Shown here piece after piece: positions 1 to 12,187 of a DNA stretch of 64,000 bases. Position numbers and translations under genes: made by a program. Source of the DNA: Gammaproteobacteria bacterium (lineage in GTDB: Bacteria; Pseudomonadota; Gammaproteobacteria; Eutrophobiales; Eutrophobiaceae); assembly GCA_030829955.1 (NCBI GenBank), contig JAURNY010000018.1, positions 94,377-158,376 of the forward strand, in the 5' to 3' direction. The notes beneath the pieces are model-generated. The model was not told the origin of the DNA, made no database searches, and was given only the letters and a program-made list of their open reading frames with translations. The first letter of the stretch is position 1. Every line of letters begins with the position of its first letter.

Positions 1-963
1 AAATGCTTCGTTAGCTTCGATCAAATCAAGATCATCTACTCCCCAGCCAGCTTTTTCCAGGCAGAGTTTAGATGCAGGGATAGGACCGGTACCCATGATC
101 GCTGGGTCAACGCCAGCAATAGAGTACGCCTTAATTGTGGCAAGTGGCTCAAGGCCGAGTTCTTTGGCTTTTGATTCTGACATGACCAATACTGCTGCTG
201 CACCATCATTTAATCCTGATGCATTTGCTGCCGTTACAGTACCTTCTTTATCAAAGGCAGGACGCAATTTGCTTATACCTTCAGCCGTTACACCTGCTTT
301 AGGAAATTCATCTTTATCAAATACGATTGGATCACCTTTACGTTGAGGAATTTCAACAGGCACAATCTCATCTACAAATTTACCGGCATTAATGGCGGCT
401 TCAGCTTTGTTTTGTGAACCAGCTGCAAATTCGTCCTGTTCTTCACGGGTAATGCCATATTTTTTAGCAATATTTTCTGCAGTGGTACCCATGTGATAGT
501 TATTAAATGCATCCCAAAGACCATCAACGATCATGGTGTCCTGCATTTTCCAGTCACCCATTTTTGCGCCGTTTCTTGAATTTGGCAGGATGTGAGGCGA
601 CATGCTCATATTTTCTTGGCCACCTGCGACTACTATTTCAGCGTCACCGGCTCTAATAGCCTGTGCTGCCAGATGAACTGTTTTTAGACCACTGCCACAG
701 ACTTTATTGATAGTTAGACATGGAACACTATGCGGTAAACCTGCTTCGATTGCTGATTGTCGAGCAGGATTTTGACCAGAACCCGCGGTTAACACCTGGC
801 CAAAAATGACTTCGCTTACTAGTTCGGGTTTGACATTAGCTCGTTCCAATACTGCAGCAATAACTTTCGCACCTAATACGTGTGCCGGAATGCTGGATAG
901 TGAGCCACCAAAATTACCAACGGCGGTGCGAGCGGCCGAAACGATGACGACGTTATCTGCCAT
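1..963 (-). CDS. acetyl-CoA acetyltransferase (thiolase), partial; C-terminus lies beyond the window start
   Basis: The reverse complement of 961-963 is ATG and the translation begins [21 protein letters not shown], a classic thiolase N-terminus with the active-site Cys region following. The minus-strand frame stays open to position 1. It is absent from the ORF track because it is truncated. Confidence 0.8.
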   Translation of the reverse strand, partial: MADNVVIVSAARTAVGNFGGSLSSIPAHVLGAKVIAAVLERANVKPELVSEVIFGQVLTAGSGQNPARQSAIEAGLPHSVPCLTINKVCGSGLKTVHLAAQAIRAGDAEIVVAGGQENMSMSPHILPNSRNGAKMGDWKMQDTMIVDGLWDAFNNYHMGTTAENIAKKYGITREEQDEFAAGSQNKAEAAINAGKFVDEIVPVEIPQRKGDPIVFDKDEFPKAGVTAEGISKLRPAFDKEGTVTAANASGLNDGAAAVLVMSESKAKELGLEPLATIKAYSIAGVDPAIMGTGPIPASKLCLEKAGWGVDDLDLIEANEAF

Positions 964-1121
964 ATTATTCTCCTAAAATATGATTGTTTAACGTGAATTA
1001 AGGTACGACAAAAAGAGATATACTCTGCTTGTTGCAATGCAACATAATCATTCAGTCTAACAAAGTTAGTTCAGAAGTCCAAATTTCTTATTATTAGCCT
1101 AATGATCTGCGAATAATGCAG

Positions 1122-2021
1122 TTATGTCCACTTATTCCAATATGCATCAGGTTGGTATAAACCGTAGATAAAATCGATGAAGGTTTTTACCTTGGCTGAG
1201 AGATAGCGACGATGATGGTAAATTGCAAATATAGGAAGACTTGAGGGTTCATATTCTTCCAGCAATGCGCATAAGCGTCCTGATTGAATATCCAATCCAA
1301 CCATGTAGGTTGGCAACTGTGTAATGCCACAACCCTGGATGGCAGCAATTCGTAATGCATCGCCATCATTGCACTGTATATCACCACTGATTTTGATGCG
1401 TTGCTTGTTTGCAAACTCCCAGTCCAGTTGTGTATTTCGTGGTGAATAGATCATGCAATTATGTTGATAAAGACTTTCTGGTGTTTCAGGTATGCCATGT
1501 TCTTCAAGATATTGAGGTGATGCACAAACAACTCGCCTTGCAGATGCTACTTTTCTGGCAATAAATATTGAGTCATCCAATTCGCCTACCGAAAATGCAA
1601 TATCAATTTCCTCTTCGACTATATCGGGAAAACGATTAGATAATTCGAGAACGGCCTCGACCTCAGGGTAGGTTTTTAAATATGTAGATAATGCACGTGA
1701 TAAATGAAATGCACCAAATGAAGGTGGAGCCATTATTTTGATCTTACCACTAGGATTTGAATCCATTTGTTTAATAGAGTTTTCAGCAGCCTCGATTTCC
1801 GAGAGGATAGCGTAAGCCTTTTCATAATATGCAAGGCCAACTTCTGTAAGGTTGAGTTTGCGAGTTGTGCGATTGAGTAAGCGAACGCCTAATTCGCCTT
1901 CAAGATACTGGACATATTTGGATGCCATGGCCTTGGAGATATTTAATTTTTTTGCGGCAGCAGAAAAACTGGCATTTTTGGCGACAGTGGCGAATACCCG
2001 CATGCTCATCACTTTATCCAT
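1122..2021 (-). CDS. LysR-family transcriptional regulator
   Basis: 299 aa. N-terminal HTH (MRVFATVAKNASFSAAAKKLNISKAMASKYVQYLEGELGVRLLNRTTRKLNLTEVG) followed by a LysR substrate-binding domain. Confidence 0.85.
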   Translation of the reverse strand: MDKVMSMRVFATVAKNASFSAAAKKLNISKAMASKYVQYLEGELGVRLLNRTTRKLNLTEVGLAYYEKAYAILSEIEAAENSIKQMDSNPSGKIKIMAPPSFGAFHLSRALSTYLKTYPEVEAVLELSNRFPDIVEEEIDIAFSVGELDDSIFIARKVASARRVVCASPQYLEEHGIPETPESLYQHNCMIYSPRNTQLDWEFANKQRIKISGDIQCNDGDALRIAAIQGCGITQLPTYMVGLDIQSGRLCALLEEYEPSSLPIFAIYHHRRYLSAKVKTFIDFIYGLYQPDAYWNKWT

Positions 2022-2213
2022 ACAATAATTGTTTCCAGTTTAGAAAAAATATTTCAATAAAAACGCTATTGTAAACTATATATTGAGCAATTACCTTAAT
2101 TGAGAATTTTAAAAAGAGTTTTCATTAGCAGGATGCAAATAACAGTTAACAGTGTCGATACTCCTCTTGTTAGAAACACTGAATCCTACTAAAACATATG
2201 GACGTGTTGTTTT

Positions 2214-3650
<1,437 letters not shown>

Positions 3651-3658
3651 TTAAATAA

Positions 3659-4969
3659 TTATAGTTTTAGTAATAAACGTGCAGGATCTTCCAGCAACTG
3701 TTTGATCGAAACAAGAAACTGTACAGCATCTTTACCATCAATAATTCGATGATCATAAGACAATGCGATATACATCATTGGACGAATCACCACATCACCA
3801 TTCTCAGCAACAGGTCGTTCCTGAATTGAGTGCATACCCAAAATAGCACTTTGTGGTGGATTAATGATTGGTGTGGACAGTAAAGAACCGAAAACCCCAC
3901 CATTAGTAATTGTGAATGTGCCGCCTGTTAAATCCTCAAGTGATAATTTTCCGCCTCTGGCTTTCTCGCCATAATTTCTGATTTGATTTTCTATATCAGC
4001 TAATGACATGGAATCGACATCGCGCAAAATGGGAACGACCAGTCCTCGTGGTGAACTGACTGCAATACCAATATCAAAGTAACCATGATAAACAATATTA
4101 TCGCCATCGATAGATGAATTAATGATTGGAAATTTCTTTAGTGATTCCACTGCCGCATGAGTAAAGAATGACATAAAGCCAAGTTTCACGCCGTGTGTCT
4201 TTTCAAAATCATTTTTATATTTGGCACGAATATCCATTACCGGTTTTAAGTTAACTTCATTAAACGTGGTTAATAATGCATTTTCATGTTGTGCGTTTAA
4301 CAAGCGCTCTGCGGCACGCTTGCGTAAGCGAGTCATGGGAACAACTTCTCTTGGTCTGTCACTGGTATCCGTCAGCATAGGAATAGGTGCGGGTGTTTCT
4401 GCCTGAGGTTTCGCTTCTACAGTTTGCGGTGCAGCGATTTTTTCCGGTGTGGGAATAGGCACCGTTTCTTTTGCCGGCGCGCTAGCGGAAGCTTCTGTTA
4501 TAGGGATATTACCCAAATGCTTTAGCACATCTTCCTTGGTGATACGATCATTGTTATGTTTGATGTCTTTAGCTGTTAGATTATTTTCTTCAATTAGATT
4601 TCTCACAGCAGGACTAAGTTTTGGTAAATCATCCTGTTTATTTTTGCCCATATCCATTTCGGGTAAACTTTGTTGCTCAGGTTTTTTAGATTGTTCAGTT
4701 GTAGCCGGTCTTGCCGAAGCTCCGGCTTCAGTATCAATTTTGGCAATGACTTCATCGCTTAATACGGTTTCACCATCTGATTTCAATATTTCTGCTATCA
4801 CACCATCATTTAGTGCAGAGACTTCAAGTGTTACTTTATCGGTTTCAATATCGATCAGGTTGTCGCCGCGTTTAACCTTATCACCGACTTTTTTTTGCCA
4901 GGATAATAATGTCGCTTCTGCAACAGATTCAGCGAGTACGGGAACTTTGACATCTATTAACACGGGCAT
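3659..4969 (-). CDS. sucB: dihydrolipoamide succinyltransferase (E2 of 2-oxoglutarate dehydrogenase)
   Basis: 436 aa. N-terminal lipoyl domain ([10 protein letters not shown]), an Ala/Pro-rich linker and a C-terminal catalytic domain ending in DHRIIDG. Confidence 0.92.
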   Translation of the reverse strand: MPVLIDVKVPVLAESVAEATLLSWQKKVGDKVKRGDNLIDIETDKVTLEVSALNDGVIAEILKSDGETVLSDEVIAKIDTEAGASARPATTEQSKKPEQQSLPEMDMGKNKQDDLPKLSPAVRNLIEENNLTAKDIKHNNDRITKEDVLKHLGNIPITEASASAPAKETVPIPTPEKIAAPQTVEAKPQAETPAPIPMLTDTSDRPREVVPMTRLRKRAAERLLNAQHENALLTTFNEVNLKPVMDIRAKYKNDFEKTHGVKLGFMSFFTHAAVESLKKFPIINSSIDGDNIVYHGYFDIGIAVSSPRGLVVPILRDVDSMSLADIENQIRNYGEKARGGKLSLEDLTGGTFTITNGGVFGSLLSTPIINPPQSAILGMHSIQERPVAENGDVVIRPMMYIALSYDHRIIDGKDAVQFLVSIKQLLEDPARLLLKL

Positions 4970-4975
4970 CTCCTA

Positions 4976-7828
4976 TTATCTGTTATATACCGAATTAGCT
5001 TGTTTATGAGAAGTGACTTCCAATTTATCAATTTGCAATGCATCAGACACTAGTTGTTTTTGCTGTTCATTATGCAAAGGCATCAAACCGGTAGCAGGGG
5101 AGGCTGAATAAAATCGACCTACATAGCCAAAGGTATGATGCTCTTTTAAACAGCCAATCATGGTACTGCGTGACTGCATGTAATACCAACTGCCTTGATT
5201 CTTCGGCTCTTCCTGAACCCAAACCACTTGTTCCAGGTTTGGATAAGATTCAATAATTTCTTTTACATGTTCACGTGGAAATGGATAAAGCTGCTCAATT
5301 CGAATAATACCAATATTCGTAATACCACTTTCGCGACGTTGTTCCAGTAAGTCATAATAAACCTTGCCGCTACAAATGAGTAATCTTGTGATTTCGTCCT
5401 TGTTTAAATCATCAATCTCATCAATCACAGTGTGAAAATGCCCATTAATCAGATCATTAACCGGAGACGATGACTGCTTTCTACGCAACAAACTTTTTGG
5501 GCTCATGACAATAAGTGGTTTTCGATAAGGACGAAGTTGTTGTCTTCTCAATAAATGAAACATTTGTGCCGGCGTGCTTGGATAACAAACTTGCATATTT
5601 TGTTCCGCACATAATTGTAGATAACGTTCCAGACGGGCAGAAGAATGCTCCGGACCTTGTCCATCATAACTATGTGGAAGAAAAACTGTTAAGCCACATA
5701 GTCGACCCCATTTTGCTTCGCATGAACTAATAAATTGATCAAATACCACCTGGGCACCATTGGCGAAATCACCAAATTGTGCTTCCCATATAACCAGTGC
5801 ATTAGGTTCTGCTGAACTATAGCCATATTCAAATGCTAGTACTGCTTCTTCTGATAAGGTTGAGTTAATAACCAGGAAGGTTGGTTGCTCAGGATTAATA
5901 TGTTGTAGTGGCAAATAAGTGCGACCATCTTCCATATTGTGAATTACAGCATGACGATGAAAGAAAGTGCCTCGACCACTATCTTGTCCAGAAATACGAA
6001 TTGGATAACCTTCATTAAGCAAAGAAGCATAAGCCATATTTTCTGCATAGCCCCAATCTATAAGCATTTCACCATTACCCATCATGCGTCGCGATTCCAT
6101 GATCTTTGTAACCGCAGGATGTAATTTGAAATCATCAGGTAATGTTGTAATCGCTGCGGTGAGTTTTTTTACGCTGTCCGCGCTAATCGTTGTTGTATAT
6201 GCATCGTCCCAATTTGTCTCTTTAAAACGGGAATAATCGATCATAAATTTAGGATTAGGGTTATCAGCAAATGTACCGGCAACTCCGCGATTACTTTCTA
6301 ATGAGTCTATATATTCTGTGGCAATGACATCAGCTTCTTCTTGACTAATGATACCTTCATCTATGAGTCTGTCTGTGTGTAATTTTCTAACACCAGGGTG
6401 TTTACGCACATGCTGATACATGATCGGTTGTGTTGCCATAGGTTCATCAGCTTCACTATGTCCATGTTTGCGATAGCAGATCATGTCAATTACCACATCT
6501 TTGTTAAATTCCATTCGATATTCGAGCGCTATTTTACTGACTAATACGACGGCTTCCGGATCGTCACCATTCACATGAAAAATTGGTGCCTGCACCATCT
6601 TTGCGACATCGGTACAATACAGAGAAGAACGGGAATCCAGCGGATCACTTGTGGTAAAACCAATCTGGTTATTTACAATAATATGAACAGTGCCGCCCGT
6701 AGAATAACCGCGTGTTTGCGATAGGTTAAATGTTTCCATTATGACACCTTGTCCTGCAAACGCTGCATCACCATGTATTAATATTGGTAACACTTGATTT
6801 CGTTCCAGATCATTTCGTCTTTCTTGTCTGGCGCGAACAGAACCTTCGATTACCGGGTCGATAATCTCAAGGTGCGATGGGTTGTAGCCAAGTGCTAAAT
6901 GTACAGTTCCACCAGGCGTCGTAATATCAGATGAATACCCCATATGATATTTAACATCACCCGAACCTTTAAGCGTTTCTAAAATCTTGCCTTCAAATTC
7001 GTCAAATAATTCACTCGGTTGTTTGCCAATGGCATTTACTAATACATTCAGTCGACCACGATGCGCCATGCCCATTACAATTTCCTTAATACCGATACAG
7101 CCGCTTGATTGAATTATTTCATCCAGTGCAGGAATTAAAGACTCACCACCTTCCAGTGAAAAACGTTTCTGCCCAACGTATTTTTTATGCAGATATTCTT
7201 CCAGTGCATTTGCGTCAATGACACGATCAAGCACACGAATACGTTTTTCCTTGTCGAAATTTGGTGTCGAGAGACATTCTTCGAGACGCTTTTGAATCCA
7301 GCGTTTTTGTTCGGTTTCATTGATGTGCATATATTCCGCACCGATAGAACCGCAGTATGTCTTTTTAATAATATGAACAATCTCTCTCAAGGTGATTTGA
7401 TCTGGCGCAAACAAAGAACCTGTGTTGAATGTTTTATCCATATCCTCTTCAGTCAAGCCATGGAACGCAGGCTCCAGTTCCTGAATAGCTGGGCGCTGAT
7501 ATTGACCCAATGGATCAAGATTGGCTTGCCTGTGACCATTAAAACGATGAGCATTTATCAATTGTAAAACGGCAGTTTGTTTCTGATGCGCCATCGCTTC
7601 TGCAGCAGGTGTAGAGCTGGAAGTATGACCATAACGTCTGGAAATATTTTTATAGGCTTGCTGAATAGGTGTGTGCGCAATATCTGAAGCGCCACCATCC
7701 TGTATGGAATCGAAATAGGCATGCCAGGCCGGATCGATGGAATCTGGCTTATTTAGATAAGATTCATATAGATCCTCAACATAAGCGGCATTGCCACTGT
7801 ATAAATAGGAATCAATTACTTCTTTCAT
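4976..7828 (-). CDS. sucA: 2-oxoglutarate dehydrogenase E1 component
   Basis: 950 aa, the typical SucA length, TPP-dependent dehydrogenase E1. Directly upstream of sucB on the same strand. Confidence 0.92.
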   Translation of the reverse strand: MKEVIDSYLYSGNAAYVEDLYESYLNKPDSIDPAWHAYFDSIQDGGASDIAHTPIQQAYKNISRRYGHTSSSTPAAEAMAHQKQTAVLQLINAHRFNGHRQANLDPLGQYQRPAIQELEPAFHGLTEEDMDKTFNTGSLFAPDQITLREIVHIIKKTYCGSIGAEYMHINETEQKRWIQKRLEECLSTPNFDKEKRIRVLDRVIDANALEEYLHKKYVGQKRFSLEGGESLIPALDEIIQSSGCIGIKEIVMGMAHRGRLNVLVNAIGKQPSELFDEFEGKILETLKGSGDVKYHMGYSSDITTPGGTVHLALGYNPSHLEIIDPVIEGSVRARQERRNDLERNQVLPILIHGDAAFAGQGVIMETFNLSQTRGYSTGGTVHIIVNNQIGFTTSDPLDSRSSLYCTDVAKMVQAPIFHVNGDDPEAVVLVSKIALEYRMEFNKDVVIDMICYRKHGHSEADEPMATQPIMYQHVRKHPGVRKLHTDRLIDEGIISQEEADVIATEYIDSLESNRGVAGTFADNPNPKFMIDYSRFKETNWDDAYTTTISADSVKKLTAAITTLPDDFKLHPAVTKIMESRRMMGNGEMLIDWGYAENMAYASLLNEGYPIRISGQDSGRGTFFHRHAVIHNMEDGRTYLPLQHINPEQPTFLVINSTLSEEAVLAFEYGYSSAEPNALVIWEAQFGDFANGAQVVFDQFISSCEAKWGRLCGLTVFLPHSYDGQGPEHSSARLERYLQLCAEQNMQVCYPSTPAQMFHLLRRQQLRPYRKPLIVMSPKSLLRRKQSSSPVNDLINGHFHTVIDEIDDLNKDEITRLLICSGKVYYDLLEQRRESGITNIGIIRIEQLYPFPREHVKEIIESYPNLEQVVWVQEEPKNQGSWYYMQSRSTMIGCLKEHHTFGYVGRFYSASPATGLMPLHNEQQKQLVSDALQIDKLEVTSHKQANSVYNR

Positions 7829-8124
7829 ATGTCATCCTTACAGGGAAGTCTTTTAGTCAACAGCTAAAAAATTCATCAAAAAGCTAAAAACTTTTATTTA
7901 CCTTATTGTTTAAATGTATGAATTAATATATCAAGTATAACTATAAGATTTTCTATCGTTATTTCCTACCTGAAATTCCTAGTTTTTGTTCAGAAAAATT
8001 AATTTTATGCATAAATTAGTCCTATTTTCATTCCTGCTCTTGCTGCACTGCCACTTCGAGCTGTATGCTAGTCGACCTTTTTAAAGTTATAACTATAAAT
8101 TTGTATTTTTTAGGGAGAAGTTCC

Positions 8125-9417
8125 ATGGCTGATACGGTAACTATTACCGATAATCGTTCGGGAAAAGAAGTTGAGTGTCCAATCATGACAGGCGTGTATG
8201 GCGCCCCTGTTATCGATACTAAAGCACTATACAAAGAACTTGGGATGTTTACATTTGACCCAGGTTTTGTCACCACTGCATCTTGTAAAAGTGCTATAAC
8301 CTATCTGGATGGTGAAAAAGGCATTTTATTGCATCGTGGTTACCCAATCGACCAACTTGCACAAAATAGCTCATATCTTGAAGTTTGTTATTTACTTTTA
8401 TATGGTGAGTTACCTAATCAAACTCAATTTGATGAGTTTCGCGCCAATCTTAATAAACGCAATATGGTGCATGAGCATCTCGAACGTTTTTACAATGGTT
8501 ATTTATATGATGCACATCCAATGTCTATGCTGATTGGCGTTACTGGTGCGTTGTCGTCTTATTATCATGAAGCAATGGATATTAACGATCCTGTGGATCG
8601 CGAGCTGACCGCTATTCGTGTAATTGCAAAAATGCCTATTTTAGCAGCGCATTGTTATAAACATTCTGTTGGTCATCCTTTTGTTTATTCACGTGACGAT
8701 CTGGGCTATGTCGAAAACTTTTTAAATATGATGTTTTCTGTACCTATGCGCGAATATGAGCCAAATCCGATTGCTGTTAAGGCATTAAATCTGATGTTAA
8801 TTTTGCATGCGGATCATGAACAAAATGCTTCAACCTCGACTGTGCGTCTTGCCGGTAGTGCAGAAGCCAATCCGTTTGCCTGCATTGCTGCTGGTATTGT
8901 GACTTTGTGGGGACGAGCGCATGGCGGAGCAAATGAAGCAGTACTGAACATGCTGGCTGAAATTGAAGATGTTAAGAATATTCCTAAGTTTATTGATAAG
9001 GCTAAAGACAAAGATGATCCTTTCCGTTTAATGGGTTTTGGTCATCGTGTTTATAAAAACTATGATCCTCGTGCGACGATCATTCGTCAGGTTTGTCATG
9101 ACTTGCTGAAAGAAGTTGATACCGTTGATCAACCATTGCTGGATATAGCAATGCGTCTGGAAGAAATTGCATTAAAAGATGAATATTTCATTGAAAGAAA
9201 ACTGTATCCAAATGTGGATTTCTATTCTGGTATTATTCTTAAGGCACTTGGTATTCCTACTTCAATGTACACAGTAATGTTTGCTTTAGCGCGTTCAGCA
9301 GGCTGGATTGCTCAATGGCTGGAAATGATGGATGACCCTTATTTCAAGATTGGTCGTCCTCGACAGCTTTATGTTGGTCACGAAACACGTGACTATGTGC
9401 CAATAGATAAACGCTAG
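8125..9417 (+). CDS. gltA: citrate synthase
   Basis: The track ORF begins at 8065, but the likely true start is the ATG at 8125 ([17 protein letters not shown]) preceded by the RBS agggagaag. Conserved type II citrate synthase motifs ([18 protein letters not shown]). Confidence 0.92.
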   Translation: MADTVTITDNRSGKEVECPIMTGVYGAPVIDTKALYKELGMFTFDPGFVTTASCKSAITYLDGEKGILLHRGYPIDQLAQNSSYLEVCYLLLYGELPNQTQFDEFRANLNKRNMVHEHLERFYNGYLYDAHPMSMLIGVTGALSSYYHEAMDINDPVDRELTAIRVIAKMPILAAHCYKHSVGHPFVYSRDDLGYVENFLNMMFSVPMREYEPNPIAVKALNLMLILHADHEQNASTSTVRLAGSAEANPFACIAAGIVTLWGRAHGGANEAVLNMLAEIEDVKNIPKFIDKAKDKDDPFRLMGFGHRVYKNYDPRATIIRQVCHDLLKEVDTVDQPLLDIAMRLEEIALKDEYFIERKLYPNVDFYSGIILKALGIPTSMYTVMFALARSAGWIAQWLEMMDDPYFKIGRPRQLYVGHETRDYVPIDKR

Positions 9418-9460
9418 TCTTCAATTAAAAAATTAACAAACATATTATTAAGGAGTCAGT

Positions 9461-10441
9461 TTGATGAAAACTCCCGTTAGAGTCGCGGTGACTGGTGCTG
9501 CCGGTCAGATAGGATATTCATTATTATTCCGTATTGCTTCTGGCCAAATGTTAGGTGCAGATCAACCAGTTATATTGCAATTACTTGAAGTCGCGCCAGC
9601 AATGCGCGCGCTGGAAGGTGTGGTCATGGAAATTGATGACTGTGCTTTTCCTCTTGTTGAAGGTTTTGTTCTGGCAGATGATGCTAATGTTGCATTTAAA
9701 GATGTCGATTATGCATTGTTAGTAGGTGCCAGACCTCGTGGTCCTGGTATGGAACGTAGCGATTTGCTTGAAGCGAATGGTGGTATCTTTAAGGTGCAAG
9801 GTAATGCACTTAATGATAATGCCTCGAGAGATGTGAAAGTGTTGGTAGTCGGTAATCCTGCTAATACCAATGCGCATACAGCAATGTTGAGTGCGCCTGA
9901 TTTAAATCCAAGAAACTTTACTGCAATGACACGTCTTGATCATAATCGTGCATTAGCGCAGTTAGCTGCAAAAACTAATAATAAGGTTGATGATATTTCA
10001 CAGATGACAATTTGGGGTAATCATTCGACAACACAATTTCCTGATATTAGCCAGACTAGAGTTGCAGATAAATCAGCTAAAGATATGGTTGATTTTGATT
10101 GGTACAAGGATGAATACATTCCTCGTGTTGCAAAACGTGGTGCTGAAATCATTGATGCTCGTGGTGCATCCAGTGCAGCATCTGCGGCTGCAGGTGCTAT
10201 CGATCATATGCGTGATTGGGCATTAGGAAGCAGAGAAGGTGATTGGGTAAGCATGGCAGTACCTAGTGATGGTAGTTACGGAATACCTGAAGGTTTAATG
10301 TTTTCTTTCCCATGTACTTGCAAAGATGGTGACTACAGCATTGTTCAGGGACTGGAAATAGATGAGTTTGGTCAAAAGATGTTAGACATAACTCAAAAAG
10401 AACTTGAAGAAGAAAGAGATGCTGTTGCTAAAATCTTATAA
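9461..10441 (+). CDS. mdh: malate dehydrogenase (NAD-dependent, LDH-like family)
   Basis: 326 aa. N-terminal Rossmann motif [21 protein letters not shown], typical of long-type MDH. RBS aaggag at about 9449. Confidence 0.9.
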   Translation: MMKTPVRVAVTGAAGQIGYSLLFRIASGQMLGADQPVILQLLEVAPAMRALEGVVMEIDDCAFPLVEGFVLADDANVAFKDVDYALLVGARPRGPGMERSDLLEANGGIFKVQGNALNDNASRDVKVLVVGNPANTNAHTAMLSAPDLNPRNFTAMTRLDHNRALAQLAAKTNNKVDDISQMTIWGNHSTTQFPDISQTRVADKSAKDMVDFDWYKDEYIPRVAKRGAEIIDARGASSAASAAAGAIDHMRDWALGSREGDWVSMAVPSDGSYGIPEGLMFSFPCTCKDGDYSIVQGLEIDEFGQKMLDITQKELEEERDAVAKIL

Positions 10442-10462
10442 TCGGTTTTTGTAATTCAATAT

Positions 10463-10497
10463 AAATAAGGCCGCAATCGCGGCCTTATTTATTAGCG
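10463..10497. terminator. bidirectional rho-independent terminator shared by mdh (+) and the HAD hydrolase gene (-)
   Basis: Perfect 12-bp palindrome aaataaggccgc-aatc-gcggccttattt (10463-10490) flanked by A/T runs. Both convergent genes end immediately beside it. Confidence 0.75.
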
Positions 10498-11145
10498 TAA
10501 TGAAATAACCTGCCAATTCTCCTGATTAGCTTTTTCTTTTAGTTTTTCATCCGGATCTACGGCAATGGGATGGTCAACTTTTTTTAATAGCGGAATGTCA
10601 TTATGTGAGTCACTATAAAACCAGGTTTCTTCTGGCTGTTTGCCATGTTGTGCCAGCCAATGTTTATAACGAGTAACTTTACCTTCTGCAAATGAAGGTG
10701 TGCCAGAGACTTCACCGGTAAATTCACCATCAATCTTTTCCGGTTCACAAGCAATTAGTTCATCAATACCAAAAATTGTAGCAATAGGTTCGGTTAGGAA
10801 TCGATTTGTTGCAGTAATAATTAATAATTCATGACCTTGTTGCCGATGTTTATCAACCTCTTTTAATGCTTTATCCAGTATCAACGGTTTAATTTTTTTT
10901 GTCATATAATCTTCACGCCAGGAAAGTAATGTCTGGTAATCGTTATCAGCAAGAGGTTTTAGCTGAAAACGCAGAAAGGCATAGATATCAAGTTGACCAT
11001 CCATATAATCCTGATAAAACTGATCATGACCTGTTCTATATAGTTCAGAATCAACTTGTTTTATCTCAATCAGATAGTCACCCCATAAACAATCACTGTC
11101 ACCGGCAATCAGCGTGTTATCAAGATCAAAAATAGCGAGTTTCAT
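10492..11145 (-). CDS. HAD-superfamily hydrolase (subfamily IB, phosphoserine phosphatase-like)
   Basis: 217 aa. HAD motif I at the N-terminus (MKLAIFDLDNTLIAGDSD), with later motifs LLIITATN and YSDSHNDIPLL. Confidence 0.8.
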   Translation of the reverse strand: MKLAIFDLDNTLIAGDSDCLWGDYLIEIKQVDSELYRTGHDQFYQDYMDGQLDIYAFLRFQLKPLADNDYQTLLSWREDYMTKKIKPLILDKALKEVDKHRQQGHELLIITATNRFLTEPIATIFGIDELIACEPEKIDGEFTGEVSGTPSFAEGKVTRYKHWLAQHGKQPEETWFYSDSHNDIPLLKKVDHPIAVDPDEKLKEKANQENWQVISLR

Positions 11146-11271
11146 AATTTACAACGTTATTAATAATATAAGGGCGATAGTCTAGGGGCTTTATTTTTGA
11201 TAGCAAGCTGGATTGCAGATTGATACTGATTGTAAGAGAATTAGGCTAATTTGAAGTAAAAGGTAAATAAC

Positions 11272-11772
11272 GTGATTGATTCCGAAGGCTTCCGAGCGAA
11301 TGTTGGCATAATTCTCTCAAATAAAGAGGGTAGAGTGTTTTGGGCCAAACGTTTGGGTATGGATGCCTGGCAATTTCCTCAAGGTGGTATAAAGAAGAAT
11401 GAAACGCCTGAAGAAGCGATGTATCGTGAATTGGAGGAGGAGATAGGTTTATTGCCTAATGACGTTGAAATCATTAGTGCCACTGATGAATGGCTACGCT
11501 ATTGGTTACCGAAACGTTTTATTCGTCACAATGCCTATCCGCTTTGTGTTGGACAGAAACAAATCTGGTTTTTACTAAAGCTGGTTTCCGATGAAAGCAA
11601 GGTGAATTTGGAAAGTGCCGGACAACCAGAGTTTGATTTATGGAAATGGGTCGATTTCTGGTATCCAGTTAACGAAGTAGTCTCATTTAAGCGAAATGTT
11701 TATGAACAGGCATTAAATCAACTAGCCCCGTTTATACTTCCAGAGGGTAAACTTAAACGCACAATGTTTTAA
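11272..11772 (+). CDS. rppH: RNA pyrophosphohydrolase (Nudix)
   Basis: 166 aa with a GTG start. Nudix box [23 protein letters not shown], and overall similarity to RppH/NudH. Confidence 0.88.
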   Translation: MIDSEGFRANVGIILSNKEGRVFWAKRLGMDAWQFPQGGIKKNETPEEAMYRELEEEIGLLPNDVEIISATDEWLRYWLPKRFIRHNAYPLCVGQKQIWFLLKLVSDESKVNLESAGQPEFDLWKWVDFWYPVNEVVSFKRNVYEQALNQLAPFILPEGKLKRTMF

Positions 11773-11774
11773 TT

Positions 11775-12140
11775 TTATCTTGGCATAGCCATAAAACGCA
11801 TAATATTTCTCAAAATACGATTTGCATTGCGGTTGCTGATACCACTTACATAATAACTACCAAATTCTGGCGGATAACCCCAACTGACAATTAAATTATG
11901 CAATTCTTCAAGTACCAAGACACAATGTTTCATAGCATGATCTGCGACGACGCGTGCATCAGCCTGTTGTTGAATTTGTTCAAGTGAATATTCTGTCATA
12001 CATTCTTCATGTTTGACGCCATATACACGTGCTTGAGCATACTCTTCGGTGGTCATATTGTCCGGGTCTTTATAATCTCCAGCCAAAACAGGACTGATGA
12101 TAAAAGTGAAAAGCAAAATAAGGCTGGCTGGTTTAATCAT
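11775..12140 (-). CDS. hypothetical secreted protein
   Basis: 121 aa. N-terminal signal peptide (MIKPASLILLFTFIISPVLAG). No recognisable domain. Confidence 0.5.
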   Translation of the reverse strand: MIKPASLILLFTFIISPVLAGDYKDPDNMTTEEYAQARVYGVKHEECMTEYSLEQIQQQADARVVADHAMKHCVLVLEELHNLIVSWGYPPEFGSYYVSGISNRNANRILRNIMRFMAMPR

Positions 12141-12187
12141 AATATTGCTGTCTCAATATAAAGGTTTCAATTTAGAGTAACTTTATC

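Noticed and set aside
1187-1414. 75-aa minus-strand ORF, and similar embedded ORFs at 16502-16696, 37104-37406, 46163-46402, 50542-50742, 61520-61774
   Set aside because: Fully nested in alternative frames of well-supported genes. No independent evidence.
2140-2180. Inverted repeat cagtgt...acactg downstream of lpdA
   Set aside because: 6-bp stem with a 22-nt loop and no following T-run on the minus strand. Not convincing as a terminator.
8065-8124. Upstream extension of the gltA ORF ([20 protein letters not shown])
   Set aside because: Citrate synthase homology begins at MADTV (8125), which has a good RBS. The extension is AT-rich leader sequence.
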